Below the pieces are notes generated by a model that saw nothing but the letters and a program-made list of their open reading frames with translations, was not told the origin of the DNA and did not search any database. The position numbers and the translations under genes are program-made. A DNA stretch of 32,000 nt from Coprobacillaceae bacterium (GTDB taxonomy: Bacteria > Bacillota_I > Bacilli_A > Erysipelotrichales > Coprobacillaceae). Where the stretch lies: contig OY776328.1 of assembly GCA_963675515.1 (NCBI GenBank), positions 2,010,001-2,042,000 on the forward strand. The letters are read 5' to 3'. This document shows positions 17,860 to 25,571 of the stretch, in pieces; position 1 is the stretch's first letter, and every line of letters starts with the position of its first letter.

Positions 17860-18807
17860 TCAGCTTTCAAAGCTGGCCCGGATATTCCCGATCAGCTTGG
17901 CATTTTTCAGATGGGCCTCCAGGTTATAGACCCCGCTTTCTTTTCTGCCTTGGGCCACGTCATCGATCACCGCCTGGATTTCCATGGTCATGTCATCACC
18001 CTTGATTGTGAAATCACGGCTGATGAATGTACCGTCTTTTAAAGTTATCCGGTATTGGGTGATCCGGTTGAACATCGGAATCATGATCTGTCCCTTTTCC
18101 CCGGTCAACAGGGCATAGCGATCCTTGGTCTGGTCGATGGCCCCCTCCAAAACGACGCTTACCCCATTGGCGTAACTTACCGTCGATTCAAAGTAGGTGT
18201 CGATATTGCCGTCCTTGCGAAATGCCGATTCCACATTGACGATTTCATGAGGATTCAAGGCATTGGCAAAGCCGATAAGATACGGCCCGACGTCATTGAG
18301 CGCGCCCCCTTGTTTCTGGTCGAAAAGGTATGAGGAAGTACCCTTCATGGCAGTGGCATCGAAACAGAAGTTCGCCTCGATCTTATCGAGTTTGCCGATC
18401 ATTGGCAGATCCCCGATAAGCTTTTGCATTCCCTCATTGAAAAGGGTCTTGAGCGCCTCAAGAAAATAAGTCTGATTGTCCTTGGCAGTTGCCACCACTT
18501 CTGCCATATCCTGGCTGGACAATACTGCCGGTTTCTCGCACAGCACCGGAACCTTCTTTTCCAATGCCTTGATGATCCACTCGAAATGCATGGCATGGGG
18601 CAAGGCGATATATACGGCTTCTACCTGGGGATCGTCAAGGAGCAACTCATAGTCGCAAAACAGTTTTACAGATGGATTGTTTTGAAGATATTTGTCATCT
18701 TCACTTAGCGAGTACGACCCCACCGCAACAACCTCGCCTGAAGTCGAGTTGATGCTGTTGGCAAATTTGCGGGCGATTCTGCCAAATCCGATAATTCCAA
18801 ATTTCAT
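17860..18807 (-). CDS. Gfo/Idh/MocA-family oxidoreductase
   Basis: 315 aa. MKFGIIGFGRIARKF Rossmann start and LCEKP motif. RBS AAGGAGA. Confidence 0.85.
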   Translation of the reverse strand: MKFGIIGFGRIARKFANSINSTSGEVVAVGSYSLSEDDKYLQNNPSVKLFCDYELLLDDPQVEAVYIALPHAMHFEWIIKALEKKVPVLCEKPAVLSSQDMAEVVATAKDNQTYFLEALKTLFNEGMQKLIGDLPMIGKLDKIEANFCFDATAMKGTSSYLFDQKQGGALNDVGPYLIGFANALNPHEIVNVESAFRKDGNIDTYFESTVSYANGVSVVLEGAIDQTKDRYALLTGEKGQIMIPMFNRITQYRITLKDGTFISRDFTIKGDDMTMEIQAVIDDVAQGRKESGVYNLEAHLKNAKLIGNIRASFES

Positions 18808-18958
18808 ATAGTCTCCTTCTAGATTATTCTTTACGTCCCTGTTGATAGGTCTTTTGATTCCTCATCATTATATCACGTTATTTTGATTTAACCGGTTTAA
18901 GGCAACTAGGAGAAACTAAAGTTCCAAAATTGTCATCGGATCCTGAAAAATTCGGACT

Positions 18959-19750
18959 TTAGTTTCTTTTTTTTGTGAACAACAATGCGTAAAGAGAGTT
19001 GAATATGAAGTTTATGGTGATCTGCGAATAGAAAGTGGCAACCTTGTCATCGATCGATTCCTTTGGGGGAAATGATATGGTGCAGTCGAAGTGGCTGCTT
19101 GGCTGTTTCGAGGTGATCATGATGAACTTGCAGCCCCTCTTGCGGGCCTGGACAATCGAGGAAATCGGGTTGTTTATGTTGCCTGAGTATGAAACTATTA
19201 TTCCCGCATCGCCGCTTTTCATGCTGTCAAGATGGGTCGTCTGTTCCCCATACATGTTGGCGATAATGGCCGGTATCTTGAGTTTGACCAGGCGGTTGGA
19301 GAAGCCGATCGCGTTGATCAGGGAATCGCCGATACCATAAAGATAGACCCGCTGGGCCTCCATGATGATTTTGATGGCGTCTTCAAGCTCGTGAAAGTCG
19401 ATCGACTCGTAGCTCACATCAATTGACTCCTTGGTAAGATCTGCCATGGTCTTGATGATCTCCTGGGATGTCTGGTCCGGGTCGAAGGGATAGTCCATGT
19501 CCACTTCCCTGTGGAGCTTGCGGGACCGTTCAAGGTCCTTGATCAACTGCAGCTTGAAGTCCCTGAAGCCCTTGAGACCGAGTTTCTTGCACAGGCGGAT
19601 GATTGTGGCGTTTGAGGTATAGGTCACATTGGCCAGATCGAGGATAGTCAGATCGATTATCTCATCCTTGTTCGCCAGGATATAGGCAACTACTTCCTGC
19701 TCGACATTGGTGAAATCCTTTGAAGTCTGAAGTTTATCTAAAATGGTCAT
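18959..19750 (-). CDS. RpiR/MurR-family transcriptional regulator (HTH_6 + SIS)
   Basis: Start moved to the ATG at 19750 (AAGGAGA RBS); the track ORF starts at 19819. HTH is LANVTYTSNATIIRLCKKLGLKGFRDFK. SIS is VYLYGIGDS...IIVSYSGN. Confidence 0.85.
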   Translation of the reverse strand: MTILDKLQTSKDFTNVEQEVVAYILANKDEIIDLTILDLANVTYTSNATIIRLCKKLGLKGFRDFKLQLIKDLERSRKLHREVDMDYPFDPDQTSQEIIKTMADLTKESIDVSYESIDFHELEDAIKIIMEAQRVYLYGIGDSLINAIGFSNRLVKLKIPAIIANMYGEQTTHLDSMKSGDAGIIVSYSGNINNPISSIVQARKRGCKFIMITSKQPSSHFDCTISFPPKESIDDKVATFYSQITINFIFNSLYALLFTKKRN

Positions 19751-19824
19751 CTGTTTCTCCTTTGTAGTTTGTACAATCATTCTAACACATTTCGCCATAC
19801 AATCATGGCAATTGTCCAATATTG

Positions 19825-19852
19825 AAAAACTCGCAAGCCATAAGCCGCGAGT
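19825..19852 (-). terminator. Candidate intrinsic terminator after the AI-2E permease gene
   Basis: On the minus strand, ACTCGC-12 nt-GCGAGT is followed by TTTT, about 8 nt after the stop at 19860. The stem and U-tract are short. Confidence 0.4.
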
Positions 19853-19859
19853 CTCACAT

Positions 19860-20924
19860 CTATTTTTTTATTAAGCGGATAATGCCCTCGTCATCAAGCT
19901 TGACAAGAACCGTCGCCAATATCGGCATGATCAACAAGCCATAAAGCCCCATCAGCCGGGCCCCGACATACATCAGTATCAAGGTGATAAGCGGATGCAA
20001 TCCGATCTGATGACCGACGATCTTCGGTTCGATGACCTGACGGACAACGGTGATCACCCCGTAAAGGATCCCGATCACGATACCCATGTAGGTGTGGCCG
20101 TTGACCAGGGACACAATCATCCACGGAACCAGAATCGTACCGGTTCCAAGTATCGGAAGAATGTCGACCAAAGCGATCAATGCCCCGAAAAGGTAAGGAG
20201 TCGGAACTCCGGCGATCCACAAGCCGATTGTGACTTCGATGAATGTGATCGAGATGATTGTTGCGTAGGCCTTGAAAAACTGGGTCAAGGTGACCATCGT
20301 ATGCCTTCCGACGCTGCTTACCAGCACCTGGCGGTCCGCCCCGAATTGCCTTGTTACAAAATCGATGATCTTATAGTAATCGATGGTGAAGAAAAAAGAT
20401 GCGACTATCGTGAAGACGAATTTTATGAGAAACGAAGGAACCTGTTTCAATACCCCGGTAAGCATCCCGACAACGCTTGAAGAGACACTGGAGATCACAG
20501 TGAAAATCGACTCGTCGAAGTTGGTCAGAAAATCGTTGATCATCGGAGCGAGTCCCGGCAGGCGGGAGGTGAAGTAGCTCGCAATGGTGTTGATGGCCGG
20601 CACCACCCTTTGAGTGTATATATCCGGAAGATCACGGAACAGCACAGCTGTAAAGGAGACCACCTTCAAACCGGCCATTGCGATGGTCAAACCGATCAGC
20701 ACATAGAAAACTAGCAGCACCGCGATCGAGACCGTCGCCCGCTTGATCTTGAATTTGGCCTGGATCATGTCGATGATCCTGCGAAAAACCATTGCGATAA
20801 ACATCCCGATGATAAACGGCATGATAAACGAGAGGACATATTTGATTCCAACATATACCAAAAACAGTAAAATAGCCAAATATATAAAGCGGATGACAAA
20901 CGCTCTTTGTCTTTCCAGATTCAT
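19860..20924 (-). CDS. AI-2E family transporter (YtvI/PerM-like integral membrane protein)
   Basis: About 354 aa and polytopic. The C-terminal conserved block is ILPILGTG..LVPW...........G.......V....RQ..EPK..G...GLHPL.TL. The ATG at 20924 has better RBS spacing (AAGGA 9 nt upstream) than the track start 20933. Confidence 0.85.
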   Translation of the reverse strand: MNLERQRAFVIRFIYLAILLFLVYVGIKYVLSFIMPFIIGMFIAMVFRRIIDMIQAKFKIKRATVSIAVLLVFYVLIGLTIAMAGLKVVSFTAVLFRDLPDIYTQRVVPAINTIASYFTSRLPGLAPMINDFLTNFDESIFTVISSVSSSVVGMLTGVLKQVPSFLIKFVFTIVASFFFTIDYYKIIDFVTRQFGADRQVLVSSVGRHTMVTLTQFFKAYATIISITFIEVTIGLWIAGVPTPYLFGALIALVDILPILGTGTILVPWMIVSLVNGHTYMGIVIGILYGVITVVRQVIEPKIVGHQIGLHPLITLILMYVGARLMGLYGLLIMPILATVLVKLDDEGIIRLIKK

Positions 20925-21081
20925 TTTCACCATTCCTTTTCATAATCCCGAATGTTTTTGGGAAACAATTACTGATCCTATACTGAAATTGTACTTAGAA
21001 ATAGGAAGAATTGCAAGTTAAGATGTCATACTGACAATCAATCGGGCAAAAAACTGCCGGCGTTTTCAATTACGGAAATTG

Positions 21082-21111
21082 TTGCAATAATAAAGAAAAG
21101 TGGTCTATAAT
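21082..21111 (+). promoter_or_regulatory. Sigma-70-type promoter for the yczE-like gene
   Basis: TTGCAA (21082-21087), 18-nt spacer, TATAAT (21106-21111), 20 nt upstream of the GGAGG RBS/ATG at 21132. Confidence 0.45.
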
Positions 21112-21131
21112 GGTTAGACACGGAGGTATCT

Positions 21132-21794
21132 ATGATAAAAAGAATTTTCTTCTACTTTGCCGGAATCCTGATTTTGGGACTGGGCATCGTCTTGAACACG
21201 AAGACCGGGCTGGGTGTTGCCGCCATAAACTCATTTCCTTATGCCACAGCCCAGATGAGCGGTCTTACCCTGGGCAATGCGACCACCATCCTTTATGTCG
21301 CCTTCATTCTCGCCCAGCTGCTTATCTACCGCAACGTGGCCATCAAGGTCCTGCTGCAGATCCCTTTTTCATATTTCATGGGAATGATCATCGACTTTTA
21401 CGACCGGCTTATTGTCATCGAAAACCCGGAAATGGCATGGGCGCTGGCCTTGCTTCTTGGAGCGATAATGCTTACGGCTCTTGGAGCATATATGGTTGTG
21501 GCCATGGATTTTGTGCCCAATCCGGCAGACGGGCTGGTCAACGCCATTGCCAAGAAAATCGACAGGGAGTTTGGAAAGACCAAGCTGATGTTCGACTGTG
21601 TCATGATCATGACGACCATAACCGTCTCCCTTATGTTCGCAGGACATCTTATCGGGATCGGAATCGGTACGATCGTTTCAGCAGCAATGATTGGCAACAT
21701 CATCGTCCTTTACAGCCGATTATTCAACAGCTACTTCAAAAAAGTTGTCGATGATTCCATCAAGAATAGCGAATTTGAAAAAAGTGAGGCCTGA
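21132..21794 (+). CDS. YczE/YyaS/YitT-family membrane protein
   Basis: 220 aa. Family-typical N-terminus FFYFAGILILGLGIVLNTKTGLGVAAINSFPY and about 6 TM segments. GGAGG RBS. Confidence 0.7.
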   Translation: MIKRIFFYFAGILILGLGIVLNTKTGLGVAAINSFPYATAQMSGLTLGNATTILYVAFILAQLLIYRNVAIKVLLQIPFSYFMGMIIDFYDRLIVIENPEMAWALALLLGAIMLTALGAYMVVAMDFVPNPADGLVNAIAKKIDREFGKTKLMFDCVMIMTTITVSLMFAGHLIGIGIGTIVSAAMIGNIIVLYSRLFNSYFKKVVDDSIKNSEFEKSEA

Positions 21795-21875
21795 GCGTTT
21801 CACTTTTTTATTTATCACTATTTTGATTGCAATCTCCATCTCAAAAATAAATGTTTCAGTTGAGTCATTTTTTTG

Positions 21876-21904
21876 TTGAAATATTTTTACGATTGTTCTA
21901 TAAT
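21876..21904 (+). promoter_or_regulatory. Near-consensus sigma-70 promoter for tRNA-Thr
   Basis: TTGAAA (21876-21881), 17-nt spacer, TATAAT (21899-21904), 8 nt before the tRNA 5' end. Confidence 0.6.
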
Positions 21905-21912
21905 GTTCTTAC

Positions 21913-21988
21913 GCCGTTGTAGCTCAGCTGGTAGAGCAGGCCCATGGTAAGGGTCAGGTCGCAGGTTCAATTCCTGTCATCGGCACCA
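21913..21988 (+). tRNA. tRNA-Thr, anticodon GGU, CCA encoded
   Basis: Hand-folded cloverleaf. Acceptor GCCGTTG/CATCGGC (one U-U mismatch), D arm GCTC-AGCTGGTA-GAGC, anticodon stem GGCCC/GGGTC with loop AT-GGT-AA, T arm GCAGG-TTCAATT-CCTGT, discriminator A + CCA. Confidence 0.9.
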
Positions 21989-22002
21989 TTTTTTGATATT
22001 TC

Positions 22003-22030
22003 GAGCCTCCCATTTCAGGGGGCTTTTTTT
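22003..22030 (+). terminator. Intrinsic terminator after tRNA-Thr
   Basis: AGCCTCC-loop-GGGGGCT (G-U wobble included) followed by T7. Confidence 0.6.
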
Positions 22031-22121
22031 AGTGTTTCAAAAATGGCGACCCCATCAGTGACTTTGTTATAATCGCACTGGCTTAATTCTTTTTGACTGC
22101 ATATCAAATTTAACAATCATT

Positions 22122-23366
22122 TCATCTGACAATTCTGCGAAGCAAGGTTCCTGCGGTCACAGTCATAAGCAAACCGCCAAAAAACATCTGAACGAAACTG
22201 AAAAAACTTGAGGCGAATCCGATTGCCTGCATATTGCCATATCCAACTGTCGTAAATGTCATCATTGAAAAGTATAGACAATAACCATAATCACTTATCA
22301 ACTCGACCAGGTTTTCCTTTCCCATAAAAATGGAAAGCAGTTCGTACCTTATGGTATGGATATGCGACAGGCCCGGCCCGCTGACCTGCAAGCCAGTCAG
22401 ATAAATGATTCCAAAGATGAAAATTGTCCCCAGTGACCAGAAAAGTCCCCTATGCCACTTTTCTCCATACCCATTCAACATTTTGATGAAGATTGAAAAC
22501 AGACGCGCTCTTCCTTCCAGGGTGAAATACAGCAAGGATTTGTATATGTAATAATAATCGCCTACCAGGTTCGCATCGAAATCATTACTGTTATAGTAAG
22601 AATATATTTCTTCATACGATTTGAGCAACCCGAAAAAATCGTGATTGTCATCCCTGTTTTTTACCAGAAATTTGATTTCTTTGTACTCGGGGAATTTTGT
22701 GTGTTCATCCAGACTTACTTTAAAATTATTGATTGTTTCATCGTAGTAAGAAAGTCTTACTCGCTCTTCGCATCGGAATTTGATTGCGAATTTCTTTATT
22801 ACATTTTCAAATTTTGCGAAGTCCAGTTTGGTCCTGTTGTAGAACTCAACATTATCGAATTGGCATCGGTCAAATATTGCATATTTCAAGTTCACATCAT
22901 TGAAATCCACAATGAAAAATTGGACTTCATCGAAATTGATATCTGATTTGACTTCCCTCGGTCCACCCCTTAATCTATGCAGGCTCCCTCTATTTTTACT
23001 TATTATATCTGTGGGGGCTAACGGATTTTGATTGCAACTTATGAATTGGGTGGTAGTCAATTTGCTTCGATTGAAATGCACATCCAATGTGGATTTAGAA
23101 AAAATACCTGCGGTAATTTGACAATTATCAAACAATCCCTCCTGGATATTGACATTTTTGAACTTGCATCCATTGAACACACATCCACTGAAAGAAACAT
23201 TTTTGATATCGATTTTCTCAAACGTGCATTTATCAAATTTCAAATCCACAAACTTCGCATCAAAGAATGGCCTGTCGAACACCATATTTGTATGAGTTCC
23301 AGTACTGCAGATTTGCCCGATAACCTCACCTGAACATTCAATTAATTCATCACTAATGTCGCTCAT
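22122..23366 (-). CDS. Pentapeptide-repeat domain fused to a two-TM potassium-channel pore (TVGYG filter)
   Basis: 414 aa with RBS GGAGGA. Two blocks of 5-residue repeats are present (CTFEK IDIKN VSFSG CVFNG CKFKN VNIQE GLFDN CQITA; INFDE VQFFI VDFND VNLKY AIFDR CQFDN VEFYN). The C-terminus has TM1 LFWSLGTIFIFGIIYLTGL, pore helix plus filter FSMMTFTTVGYGN, and TM2 FFSFVQMFFGGLLMTVTAG. Confidence 0.8.
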   Translation of the reverse strand: MSDISDELIECSGEVIGQICSTGTHTNMVFDRPFFDAKFVDLKFDKCTFEKIDIKNVSFSGCVFNGCKFKNVNIQEGLFDNCQITAGIFSKSTLDVHFNRSKLTTTQFISCNQNPLAPTDIISKNRGSLHRLRGGPREVKSDINFDEVQFFIVDFNDVNLKYAIFDRCQFDNVEFYNRTKLDFAKFENVIKKFAIKFRCEERVRLSYYDETINNFKVSLDEHTKFPEYKEIKFLVKNRDDNHDFFGLLKSYEEIYSYYNSNDFDANLVGDYYYIYKSLLYFTLEGRARLFSIFIKMLNGYGEKWHRGLFWSLGTIFIFGIIYLTGLQVSGPGLSHIHTIRYELLSIFMGKENLVELISDYGYCLYFSMMTFTTVGYGNMQAIGFASSFFSFVQMFFGGLLMTVTAGTLLRRIVR

Positions 23367-23434
23367 TTACAGTCCTCCATCAAATCCAGGTAGTCTCAAA
23401 ACCATTAAGTCATTATAATTTACAGGACAACCGC

Positions 23435-23443
23435 ATTCTACCA
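23435..23443 (-). promoter_or_regulatory. Extended -10 promoter candidate for the channel-fusion gene
   Basis: On the minus strand, TGGTAGAAT (TGn + TAGAAT) lies about 70 nt upstream of the ATG. No good -35 was found. Confidence 0.3.
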
Positions 23444-23539
23444 TGGTTCTATCTATTATTGGTTTGCCCACGGGGGAGTTGGCATATGACCTGGCCGTTA
23501 TCCCATAGCCAAATTTTTGCACCGAAATAGCCAAGGTTG

Positions 23540-24262
23540 TCAATCTGACAATATCTTAACTTCTATGCCTTCGTCAACCAATTGCCTGAACTCATCCGCT
23601 TTTCTGGCATTGATGACATAATGCATCGGGATCACCATCCTTGGTTTAATCATGTTTGTCAGCTTTGCCGCTTCCTGGGTGCTCATTGTAAGATTACCAC
23701 CGTCAATAGGCACCAGGAGCACATCAATTCCATCCAGCTTTTCCATCTCCACTATCAAATCGGTATCCCCGGCATGGTAAATTCTGATTCCGTCGATTGT
23801 AATTACATATCCGACGTTTTCATTACCTCTGGAATGGGATGGAAAACCGATGCTGTAGGCATTTACCGTCTCAATATTCAAGTCACCATATTCAAGGTAC
23901 TCGCCTGGTTTGACAACTTCGGTTTTGTATCCGGACAATTTTTTGGCAACTTTTTTGGGGCAGATTATTACTGTGTTATCATCGCTCAGTTCCCCGATAT
24001 CCTCCAGGGAGAAGTGATCGGGATGGCCATGGGTGATCAAAACGTAATTCGCAATTCTGCCTGATTCCACTTTCAACGGGTCAATGTAAATGACACAATC
24101 ACCATTCTCGAGACAAAAACTTGAAGGGAAAAAGTCGGCATTTACAAGCGACATGTACACGGCGCCCCAGGATGACAATTTCACATTCTTTGAAATCATT
24201 ACATGTTGAACCTTTGGATTCCTTTTTTCGCTTATCGATATCTTGATATTGAAAAGACCCAT
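23540..24262 (-). CDS. MBL-fold metallo-hydrolase (UPF0173 / Lactamase_B_3-like)
   Basis: 240 aa. HxHxDH motif LITHGHPDHFS, later IYHAGDTD, and LLVPIDGGNLTMSTQEAAKL...VIPMHY, typical of this subfamily. RBS AAGGAGG/GAGG upstream of 24262. Confidence 0.8.
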   Translation of the reverse strand: MGLFNIKISISEKRNPKVQHVMISKNVKLSSWGAVYMSLVNADFFPSSFCLENGDCVIYIDPLKVESGRIANYVLITHGHPDHFSLEDIGELSDDNTVIICPKKVAKKLSGYKTEVVKPGEYLEYGDLNIETVNAYSIGFPSHSRGNENVGYVITIDGIRIYHAGDTDLIVEMEKLDGIDVLLVPIDGGNLTMSTQEAAKLTNMIKPRMVIPMHYVINARKADEFRQLVDEGIEVKILSD

Positions 24263-24389
24263 ATTGCCTCACTGCCTCCTTCTGTTTCGATTGACAAGCC
24301 CAAAATTCCTGTTGCTTTGCTTTCGATTAAGGATTTCTCTGCTTGGATTTGGGCGGCCATCCTGATATTGCTTGATCCATCACTTGCCA

Positions 24390-25394
24390 TTACGGTCGAT
24401 TGCGTTGTTTCCTTTGCCTGGTTTTCATTCTTGCAATGATGATTATCCCCACAACAACACAGATACCAGTGGCAATGACCGCCGCCTTTGCCAGTGTGAA
24501 TCGCAGTTCAAAACTTCTATAGGCTTTGTCTCCGGCCGCAACTGTCACATCACTGAACATTTCCCTCATCGATACGACCCTCTCCTCTTTTTTGATTTGT
24601 TCATATATATTGAACCGGGCCGCCTCGTCGAATTGTGACATGTAGTAGAACACCGAATCGCCGCTGCTCAAGTCAGTGACCGATGAGATCATGGTATAGG
24701 TTGTCAGGGTATTGAGACTGACCTTGTTTAAAATATCCGACGCCTTATGTCCCAGGTCTTGCGTATCAAGATCTTCAAGCATTTCTTCCACCGTTTCATA
24801 TCTGCCATCCTGATATCCGCTGGTAGGATTGGCCAGATTGAAATTCGTGGAAATCAGATGGCCATCGCCGCTTGGCTTCCAGCTGTAAACCAGCTTTCCT
24901 TGCGCGCCCGGGCTGATGACAACAGCCACGCCCGACTTGTCGGCGATATGGATCTGCATCTTCATATCGGCCCAGAACTCGAACTTCTCCGCAAGTGCCA
25001 CCGCTTCTTCTACCGATGCGACCTCATGCTCCAGCATGGAAAAATAGTTGTCCTCATCAATATTGTATTGCTTGTCTTGTTCGTATGTCATTTTTGTGGC
25101 TGGGATGCTGTTTATCGCCCAGGCCAGGCCCTGATCGTTGATTGCCGATTGGAACCCCAGCACTCCATCAACCATGTAGCCGATTTTCATCACCCCGTAA
25201 CTCCCGCTGGTGCCCGGTGAAAAGCCCAGGTAAAGGTCGCCGGAATGCCAGTCTTCATTGCTTGCAAAGTAAACCTGCTCGCCTTTTTGCACTGTGAATA
25301 TCGTACAGGAATCGCCAGGGCTGGACAGCCGATTGAAAACAAGTCCTGCAATCAGACCGACAGCAATCACGGATATCGCCAATGGTTTGTCCAT
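24390..25394 (-). CDS. Cys-Ntn hydrolase of the choloylglycine hydrolase/penicillin V acylase (linear amide C-N hydrolase) type, with N- and C-terminal membrane anchors
   Basis: Start set at the ATG at 25394 (GGAGGTG RBS). An N-terminal TM (AISVIAVGLIAGLVF) precedes CTIFTVQKGEQVYFASNEDW (compare BSH/PVA CT....YFGRN.D) and AINDQGLA. The C-terminal TM is AAVIATGICVVVGIIIIA followed by a basic tail. Confidence 0.6.
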   Translation of the reverse strand: MDKPLAISVIAVGLIAGLVFNRLSSPGDSCTIFTVQKGEQVYFASNEDWHSGDLYLGFSPGTSGSYGVMKIGYMVDGVLGFQSAINDQGLAWAINSIPATKMTYEQDKQYNIDEDNYFSMLEHEVASVEEAVALAEKFEFWADMKMQIHIADKSGVAVVISPGAQGKLVYSWKPSGDGHLISTNFNLANPTSGYQDGRYETVEEMLEDLDTQDLGHKASDILNKVSLNTLTTYTMISSVTDLSSGDSVFYYMSQFDEAARFNIYEQIKKEERVVSMREMFSDVTVAAGDKAYRSFELRFTLAKAAVIATGICVVVGIIIIARMKTRQRKQRNRP

Positions 25395-25571
25395 GAAGTC
25401 ACCTCCAAAAAATCTTAGTTTACTTATATTTAAACAAGTCGCCAATAGAAGGCATTTTCTATGGACCGAAATTCAATCCTTTCCTGGTCTGATGTAGTCG
25501 TAACACTTTCAGGAACACCGTACCTTTGAGATTTGGATGACAAATCACATCATTATCTGCAAGCCGATTTA

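Noticed and set aside
17254-18042. 262-aa plus-strand ORF
   Set aside because: It is entirely antisense to two well-supported Gfo/Idh/MocA genes and bridges their intergenic gap. It has no RBS, and its composition (runs of V/A/G/F/D) is typical of the mirror frame of real genes.
21110-21754. 214-aa plus-strand ORF overlapping the yczE-like gene in another frame
   Set aside because: The translation is Arg/His/Gly-rich and low in complexity. The alternative frame (21132-21794) gives a clean polytopic membrane protein with a GGAGG RBS.
23367-23444. 25-codon upstream ORF (MVECGCPVNYNDLMVLRLPGFDGGL) whose TAA abuts the ATG of the channel-fusion gene
   Set aside because: There is no recognisable RBS before its ATG, and that ATG overlaps the candidate extended -10, so it would probably not be on the transcript. 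It is most likely fortuitous.
25468-25492. Weak similarity (..TTCAATCCTTTCCTGGTC..) to the tRNA-Thr T-arm/3' end (..TTCAATTCCTGTCATCGG..) as a possible distal att site
   Set aside because: Only about 10 nt are contiguous, gaps are needed, and no integrase is present. Most of the enclosed segment (the MBL and Ntn genes) has ordinary composition. This is not convincing without a computed alignment.
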